A DNA stretch of 64,000 bases from Gemmatimonadota bacterium (GTDB lineage Bacteria; Latescibacterota; UBA2968; UBA8231). Location of the stretch: positions 64,001 to 128,000 of the forward strand of contig JAYOYH010000005.1 in assembly GCA_038153405.1 (NCBI GenBank), in the 5' to 3' direction. Positions 58,161-64,000 of the stretch are shown here, piece by piece (positions within the stretch are counted from its first letter, which is position 1; each line of letters starts with the position of its first letter). The notes beneath the pieces are model-generated. The model did not search any database and was not told the DNA's origin. It worked only from the letters and a program-made list of their open reading frames with translations. Made by a program: the position numbers and the translations under genes.

Positions 58161-60572
58161 TTACCTCAATATCAACAACTTCTTGGTCGCTATCCCCGCG
58201 CCAGTACTCAGCCTGTATAAGTACACGCCGCTGGCCAGTGGGCGCCCTACCGCACTGCGTCCATCCCAAGCAACGGTATGGCTGCCGGCCTGCTGCCACC
58301 CCGATTGCAGTTGGGCCACGCGCTGGCCCAGCAGGTCGTATATGCTCAGCTCAACCGGACCGGCGGTGGCCGTGCCGTAGCGAATAACCGTCTCGCTGTT
58401 AAATGGGTTGGGGAAGTTCTGCGCCAAATACAATACGGCAGGCAGTCCATCGACCATGCGCACGGCCGTTTCGACCGGCAGCGGCGTAGCCGTAGTCAAC
58501 CGCAGTTCGTCTATGTAGAAGCGCCCCTCCAGGCTGCCCTGCAGCAATATGCGCTCAATCGGGCCCGTCAGGCCAAGCGACGCAATGGGCAGGGCGACAT
58601 CCTGCCACTCGGCACGGGTCAGATCAATGCCCCCCTCGTCTAACAAGTTTACGTTGCGACCGGGTTTGACGAGTAGATTGAGCCGCGCACCGCGCGTTTG
58701 GCCCGCGTCGCCGGGATGGAATGCAAAACGCACATGCGTGTACCCCAGTGTCTCAATCGCACGCTCGGGCGTCAGGGCGAGATTCCACCCTGCGAACGCA
58801 ACATCTCGCGCCTGGAAGGCGGCTGCGGAGCCGCGATATTCACCGGCAGCCATAGACGCTCCTTCCCAGCGGATCACGCCGTCTTGCTCCACCTGCCAAT
58901 TGGGCATCACGTCGTCTCTGACAATAAACAGATCGCGTCCGGGCAGCACGCGCAGCATTTTCCGCAGGCGCATCTCCAACCGCTCGCCCTCGACGTCCTG
59001 TATCAGCAGCACCTCTACGACGCGCTCTCCGGTGACATCGCCTATATCTAGCCCGCGGCGCAGGCGAAATACGCCGGCTTCCACCTGTTCGAGCGGCCAG
59101 TCGGCCGGGCCGCCAAAGGCGCGCAAATCCGCTACCGCGCGCACCGGCACGCCTTCGACCTGGGCTTCTATGCGAATGGTCGCGTCGATATCCAACCGGC
59201 CACCCGATAGCACGTCCGACGGCAGCGTCCCCTCCCACGCACCCCGCAGGCGCGCCAGCTCAATGCGCAGCACAAAGTGGTTTACCCAGTCGCTGCTGAC
59301 GTAGAGATGGCCGCGCGCGTCTGTAGCTAGGCCAACCGGTTTGCCCCACACGCTATTCAGACTATTGGGATCAGACTGAAATCCCGTTAAAAAATCCCCA
59401 AACCGCGCATTGCTGCCATCCGCCTGAGCGAGCAACGCCATGACGCGAAAGCCCGGAACCGAGGCGTTAGCCCCCCCGCGAAAGGCGACAAAACCCGCCG
59501 AGCGAAGCGGCTCGGGGAACGCCTCCCCGCGATAAAAGTGGATTCCCATCGGCGCCAGGCGCGCCCCCGCCTGCGCGACGGGACGCGGGACAGTCTCGAC
59601 GAGGGCGCTGTCTCGTGCGGTGAGGGGAAAGAGAGCGTTGCGATAGGACGCCTGCCCTGCAAAGTCGACCCAGGTGCGAAAGCCATGGGCAAGCGGCCAG
59701 CCGTAAAAACCGCCGTTGCGAATAATGTCGATGCGCTCGGGCGGAGAGGAGCGATCGTGGCCGTTGAACGTCGCCCACAGTTGGCCCGTCTGCGGATGGA
59801 TATCCAACCCCACCGCATTGCGCAGTCCAGTGGCAAAAATGCGCCCGCCGCTGCCATCCATATTGAACTCCATGATCGTCGCACGACGCGGGTCCGTCTC
59901 TCGGCACAAATCGCAGCTCGAGCCAATTGACAGGAAGAATTTCTCGCGCGCCGAGTCGATCTGAATGGTCCGCGTGCGGTGATGGCCTATGGGCAGATCC
60001 GGCACGATGACCTGGCGCTCTTCGTAGACCCCATCGCCGTCGGCGTCGCGCAGGCGCACGACCTCGTGCATATCGGCCACGTAAAGCCACTCGCCGTAAA
60101 ATTGAATGCTGTTGGGAAACCAGAGCGCATCAGCAACTACGCGCAGCGCATCGGCCACGCCATCGCCGTCGAGGTCGGGCATGGCCACGACCTGCGCTAG
60201 CCGATCCTCCACTGGAGGAGGTTGGTCGGCATTGAAAGAGGGCGCAAACTGCGATCCCCCTACTTTCATATTGGCCACGTGCAGGACGCCGTCCGGACTC
60301 CACGCCATAAAGCGCGGACCGAAGAGCGGCTCTCCCGCGGCAAAGACCTTTACCACAAAGCCCGGCGGCAGGAAGAGCTGCCGTCCGAGCAGATTGGCCT
60401 CGGCATAGCGCTCAGGCACCTGCAGTGGGACGGGCTGTAGTCCGAGATCTTGACGCGGCGTGACAAAGATTTCGCCGGGCTGAGGATTGGCTATTTCGGG
60501 GAATTGTGCCCACACCGAACCAGCCCATATTAACGACAAACACAGGCTTATAAGCACAGTGTGAACCAGCAT
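58161..60572 (-). CDS. Secreted PQQ-dependent glucose/sorbosone dehydrogenase-like beta-propeller + accessory domains + FlgD-Ig/T9SS type A-like C-terminal domain
   Basis: Start 60572; LPPGFVVKVFA, GPRFMA, HHRTRTI, IGSSCDLC, FATGLRNAVG, GGFYGWP, APMGIHFY, GKPVGL; tail LAQNFPNPFNSETVIRY...WDGRS...SGVYLYRL...TKKLLILR. Confidence 0.85.
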   Translation of the reverse strand: MLVHTVLISLCLSLIWAGSVWAQFPEIANPQPGEIFVTPRQDLGLQPVPLQVPERYAEANLLGRQLFLPPGFVVKVFAAGEPLFGPRFMAWSPDGVLHVANMKVGGSQFAPSFNADQPPPVEDRLAQVVAMPDLDGDGVADALRVVADALWFPNSIQFYGEWLYVADMHEVVRLRDADGDGVYEERQVIVPDLPIGHHRTRTIQIDSAREKFFLSIGSSCDLCRETDPRRATIMEFNMDGSGGRIFATGLRNAVGLDIHPQTGQLWATFNGHDRSSPPERIDIIRNGGFYGWPLAHGFRTWVDFAGQASYRNALFPLTARDSALVETVPRPVAQAGARLAPMGIHFYRGEAFPEPLRSAGFVAFRGGANASVPGFRVMALLAQADGSNARFGDFLTGFQSDPNSLNSVWGKPVGLATDARGHLYVSSDWVNHFVLRIELARLRGAWEGTLPSDVLSGGRLDIDATIRIEAQVEGVPVRAVADLRAFGGPADWPLEQVEAGVFRLRRGLDIGDVTGERVVEVLLIQDVEGERLEMRLRKMLRVLPGRDLFIVRDDVMPNWQVEQDGVIRWEGASMAAGEYRGSAAAFQARDVAFAGWNLALTPERAIETLGYTHVRFAFHPGDAGQTRGARLNLLVKPGRNVNLLDEGGIDLTRAEWQDVALPIASLGLTGPIERILLQGSLEGRFYIDELRLTTATPLPVETAVRMVDGLPAVLYLAQNFPNPFNSETVIRYGTATAGPVELSIYDLLGQRVAQLQSGWQQAGSHTVAWDGRSAVGRPLASGVYLYRLSTGAGIATKKLLILR

Positions 60573-60646
60573 AGAAAACCCTTTCGACTTGAAAGGTCGA
60601 TAGACTAGAGCACAGCTCCCGTCCAATGCCCTTCCTCCACGAACAA

Positions 60647-60677
60647 AGATGCCCTGCGCTCTGGGCACAGGGCATCT
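60647..60677 (-). terminator. Hairpin after the dioxygenase gene (possible weak terminator or RNA-stabilising stem)
   Basis: AGATGCCCTG (60647-60656) / CAGGGCATCT (60668-60677) perfect 10-bp stem; only a short TTTGTT tract on the minus strand. Confidence 0.5.
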
Positions 60678-60700
60678 GCTATCTACTTTACTCTGCAAAC

Positions 60701-61570
60701 CTAGGCCGACAAATGCGCCGGCACACCCACCGGCACGCCGTCGCGACATACGCTGGGGAAGTGCGCCCCAGCCTCTGCCATTGGCGCCCCGTCTGGCAGG
60801 TTGACAAACTGCTTCATTAGATGATCGCCTCCCGCATCGTAGCGCGCAGCGCCCGTCATATAGTGAATGGCAATGGCGCGGCGCGGGCGACCGGAGCGGT
60901 TAAACGGCGAGCCGTGCCAGGTCAGCGAGTGGTGAAAGGACACCTCGCCGCGCTTGACCGGCCACGGCACGGCTTCAACCTGGGTGATCTCGGCATCGTC
61001 TGGCGGGGAAAAGACGGCCAGGTTTTTAAAATCCTCACGCTGCTTTAGCTCGCCCTGGGTGCGGAGAAAGTCGATCTGGTTGCCCCATTTGTGACTGCCG
61101 GGCACCATCCACATACAGCCATTTTCCTCGTCGGCATCGTCGAGGGGAATCCACGCCGAAACCGGCGTCATCGGTTTGATGATCGGCCACAGCGGCGCAT
61201 CCTGATGCCAAGTCGTCGCACCGCCGTACTGGGCCGGCTTATACTGGATCTGGTCGTGCCACACCATCAGGTCTTTATGCCCCGTCAACTGGCTAATTCC
61301 GCTGACGACCTCCGGATGGTAGATCAACCGCTCAAAGGCATCGGTCGCTTCCCATATGTTGACGATCTGCCAAACGGGCTGTTCGAGGTTGCCGCTCAGG
61401 CTTCGAAACGAAACCGGCTGGCGCTCCCCTTCGACAAACCCATCCGGCCCCTTGTCCAACACGCCGTCCAGCGCGGCCGTCAGCCCCGTCAGTTCGGCAT
61501 CGCTAATAATCTTCCCGCCGTTTAAAAAACCATTGCGTTCGAATTCGTCCACTTGCACTTGCGTTAACAT
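60701..61570 (-). CDS. Phytanoyl-CoA dioxygenase (PhyH) family Fe(II)/2-oxoglutarate dioxygenase
   Basis: Start 61570 (GGAG RBS); WHQD (HxD), AWIPLDD, ENGCMWMVPGSH, FHHSLTWHGS..N.S..PRRA. Confidence 0.92.
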   Translation of the reverse strand: MLTQVQVDEFERNGFLNGGKIISDAELTGLTAALDGVLDKGPDGFVEGERQPVSFRSLSGNLEQPVWQIVNIWEATDAFERLIYHPEVVSGISQLTGHKDLMVWHDQIQYKPAQYGGATTWHQDAPLWPIIKPMTPVSAWIPLDDADEENGCMWMVPGSHKWGNQIDFLRTQGELKQREDFKNLAVFSPPDDAEITQVEAVPWPVKRGEVSFHHSLTWHGSPFNRSGRPRRAIAIHYMTGAARYDAGGDHLMKQFVNLPDGAPMAEAGAHFPSVCRDGVPVGVPAHLSA

Positions 61571-61609
61571 GGCACTCTCCAATAGGGTTGTCTGTCCGAT
61601 CTTATCACA

Positions 61610-64000
61610 CTAGCTCATTCTGCGGACCAGCTCGCGCTTGGCCTCGCTAAAGAGTCCAATTAGGCGCTGGCGCACCCCCTCGTCGCGAAATACCCCAATC
61701 GTCTCCGCCCAGGCGATGCCGCCTTCCATATGGGTCATCAAATAGTTGCCCTCCACCTCGACAAAGGCACAGCGCCTGCCGACGTCGATATAGACCGGCG
61801 ACGAATGCGCCATGACCGGACCGGCATCCGTGTGGTGCGGACCCCAGCAGCGCGCCACCACCCAGCACGACAGTTCGGTCTTGACCTTGTGCTTGAGCCG
61901 CAGTTTGGTAGCCCCGTGCTCGCTCTCCTCGCGCGCGACCTGCTCGCCGTTAACGACGATCTCCACGCCCGTCAGTGGAAAGACGCTCTCGGCTACGACC
62001 TCGACTTCCACCGTGCCGCCGTTGCCTTTAAGGCGAATTTCGCTGCCCATCGGCTGACCCTCGACCTGCAGATCGATCACCGCCCCGGTGCTGGCAAAGG
62101 TCGAGCCGCGCTTGACGGCCTGACACCAGGCATCGAAGGTAAACTCCTCGCCCTCGCGCAGCTGCGCATAGGTGCGCGATCCGCCCAAGATGCGTCCGTT
62201 CGACATCTTGTCGGTGCCGCCGACGATGGGCAATTTCTGCCCGACGTTGAGCCAGCGATAGTAGCCGCGCTCGGCCGAACTAATCTTCTCGCCTTCCCAC
62301 AGCCAGCACATCTCGCCGGCATCGGCGTGTCCCATGACGATATTGGCCGCATTCTCAAAGTCGGGCAGCGGCATATGCGGCATAATCACCAAGCCGCCCT
62401 GCTTTTTACAGGCCTCGGCCCAGTCGGCCATCAGCGCCCCCACTTCGCCGCCGATCCAATCTTCGTTCGCCCCGCCCGTGCAGATGGGCGCGACCATATC
62501 CTTGAGACCGAGCAAGCTAATATGGCCGAGGACGTGCTGGCGGTTTTCCTGACTCACCCAAATCTTGTAGTCCTCGCTCGAAGTAGGTGCCAATCCACCG
62601 GTAAACTCTTCCCAAGAGGTAAAGAGTCGTCCCCACTGGCTGGCCAGTAGGTGGGTGACGTTGAGATCTTCGGCCGCCGCTTCGAGATGGGCCGACTGCG
62701 ACGATAAGAAGTGCACGTGCGTATCGCCGGAATACCAGCCGCGCTCTTTCATATCGAAGGCGCGCTTTATCTTTAGCGTTAGATCGCGCTGGCCCGGCTT
62801 GATTTCGACGAGCCTGCGCACCGGCTCGTATTCAAAGCCGCGTACGACCTCGACGTAGACCGATCCGACCGGCATGTCGACTTGGCACGTGCCGTCGATG
62901 TAGGCATAGGGCACGCCGTTGACCTTGCAATCGCCGCCCATGTCTTCAAACCAGGCGATATTGACGTCTGTCTGATGGCCGTGCGGAGCGACATAGGCGC
63001 CGCTTTGCGTACGGAAGTGCACCCGCGAACCAACGGCTTGGCCGGTATCTTCGTCTTCGACGCGCACGTGCAGCCACTGCTTGCCCTCGGGCGAGACCAT
63101 CTCGATGCGCACGCGGCCCTGTTCAATCTCTTTTTGCTCGAGGACGTCGCCCCAGCGCACGGTCTCCTCGCCCTCTTCTGCGGTCTTGATCTTTAGCTGC
63201 CCTTCGCGCGATCCGTGAATTTCTACGTAACCGCCCTTTTTGACCTGTTGGCCGCCGCGGCCCCAGCCCCTTTCCGGGCTGCTGAGGAAATCGTCGCCCG
63301 GGGCAAATAGATCGTCCTGGTGCACGACGATGCCGCGCTCCATCTCCACCTGCGGCGGCTGTCCACCTTCGACTTCTACGGCAATTTCCCGGCGCGCTTC
63401 CCACAGAAAGGGATCGCCGTCTTCCGCGCAGAGCGTAATGCCAGCCAAGGCCAGCGGCGTCGTTCCGGCGGCGACCACTTCGACCGCTTGAATGGTCTTT
63501 TCGGGATGGGGATTTTTCCAATCGTAGAGCCACCAGCCCTGCATGTCGTGTCCGTCGGGGGTGTAGGTGCCGACCTGCACCATGCCATACGACATGCTGC
63601 GATCGGAAAGCGGCACGGAGCGAAATTCGCGGCAGTTGCGACACAGAAAGGGATGATGTCCCCAGGGCACGTTGATGTCGTGTATTTCAAAGCGGCGGCG
63701 CAGCGCCTGCTCGACGCGGCTACCGTCGGCATAGACCACTCGGTACGTCCCGATGCGCTCGCCCGTGCCCTCCACGGTGGCCTGTGCCCCCTTGATAGGC
63801 GCACAGGCGTGGGCAAAGAGCAGTCGGCGCGCCGTTGCCCCCACGGGAAGGACCACGGACGCCGGCACGCCTTTGGCTCCATCGGCCACCTGTATGGCCA
63901 CGTGCGCACCGTCTTCGGCCGCCAGCGCAAAGGGGATCCCCCAAAACGAGCGCACGCCCTTGAGCATGCCCTTGAGCGGCGTGTCATTGGATCGCGTCGC
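61610..64000 (-). CDS. CehA/McbA-like PHP-fold metallohydrolase with N-terminal accessory domains; probably 5'-truncated by the window edge
   Basis: GWYSGDTHVH, QENRQHVLGH, MPH, GGTD, RTY, AHSSPVY; the frame stays open from 63967 to 64000. Confidence 0.8.
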   Translation of the reverse strand, partial: ATRSNDTPLKGMLKGVRSFWGIPFALAAEDGAHVAIQVADGAKGVPASVVLPVGATARRLLFAHACAPIKGAQATVEGTGERIGTYRVVYADGSRVEQALRRRFEIHDINVPWGHHPFLCRNCREFRSVPLSDRSMSYGMVQVGTYTPDGHDMQGWWLYDWKNPHPEKTIQAVEVVAAGTTPLALAGITLCAEDGDPFLWEARREIAVEVEGGQPPQVEMERGIVVHQDDLFAPGDDFLSSPERGWGRGGQQVKKGGYVEIHGSREGQLKIKTAEEGEETVRWGDVLEQKEIEQGRVRIEMVSPEGKQWLHVRVEDEDTGQAVGSRVHFRTQSGAYVAPHGHQTDVNIAWFEDMGGDCKVNGVPYAYIDGTCQVDMPVGSVYVEVVRGFEYEPVRRLVEIKPGQRDLTLKIKRAFDMKERGWYSGDTHVHFLSSQSAHLEAAAEDLNVTHLLASQWGRLFTSWEEFTGGLAPTSSEDYKIWVSQENRQHVLGHISLLGLKDMVAPICTGGANEDWIGGEVGALMADWAEACKKQGGLVIMPHMPLPDFENAANIVMGHADAGEMCWLWEGEKISSAERGYYRWLNVGQKLPIVGGTDKMSNGRILGGSRTYAQLREGEEFTFDAWCQAVKRGSTFASTGAVIDLQVEGQPMGSEIRLKGNGGTVEVEVVAESVFPLTGVEIVVNGEQVAREESEHGATKLRLKHKVKTELSCWVVARCWGPHHTDAGPVMAHSSPVYIDVGRRCAFVEVEGNYLMTHMEGGIAWAETIGVFRDEGVRQRLIGLFSEAKRELVRRMS

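Noticed and set aside
63956..63977. Short tandem duplication encoding LKGMLKG
   Set aside because: Only about 10 bp repeated, in frame and at the window edge; likely chance.
1..64000. CRISPR array, tRNA/rRNA, IS element or prophage
   Set aside because: No regularly spaced DNA repeats, cloverleaf or rRNA-like stretches, or transposase/integrase/phage ORFs seen; recurrent GACGGCGAC-like words are codons of FG-GAP repeats.

Overview
A GC-rich (roughly 60%), gene-dense bacterial chromosomal segment. I saw no rRNA, tRNA, CRISPR array, transposase, integrase or reverse transcriptase. The gene content (FlgD-Ig/T9SS-like C-terminal domains, many FG-GAP/ASPIC-UnbV proteins, DUF6785-type membrane proteins, TPR proteins, aldo/keto reductases, PhyH dioxygenase) suggests an FCB-group candidate phylum such as Latescibacterota; this is inference only. 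All family names come from motif recognition by eye, not database searches. The left end is a sugar catabolism/uptake region: TIM-barrel isomerase, Gfo/Idh/MocA oxidoreductase, an orphan family-5 binding protein, two DUF6785-like membrane proteins and two AKRs. The centre (14.3-39.2 kb) is the best candidate for an undescribed cell-surface system. It has six paralogous secreted proteins with discoidin-like domains and a shared 'PNGDGxND...WDGRD...xAY' C-terminal domain, two paralogous ~970-aa putative outer-membrane proteins, a separately transcribed CBM9/DOMON-like protein with a 'SWGQIK' tail, a His-rich membrane-TPR protein and a divergent two-domain parvulin PPIase. The right part has four CRTAC1-like proteins, TPR proteins, a 2122-aa fusion (degenerate M28 peptidase + FtsX-like permease + DUF6785-like domain), a PQQ-type dehydrogenase with a sorting domain, a PhyH dioxygenase and a PHP-type metallohydrolase.
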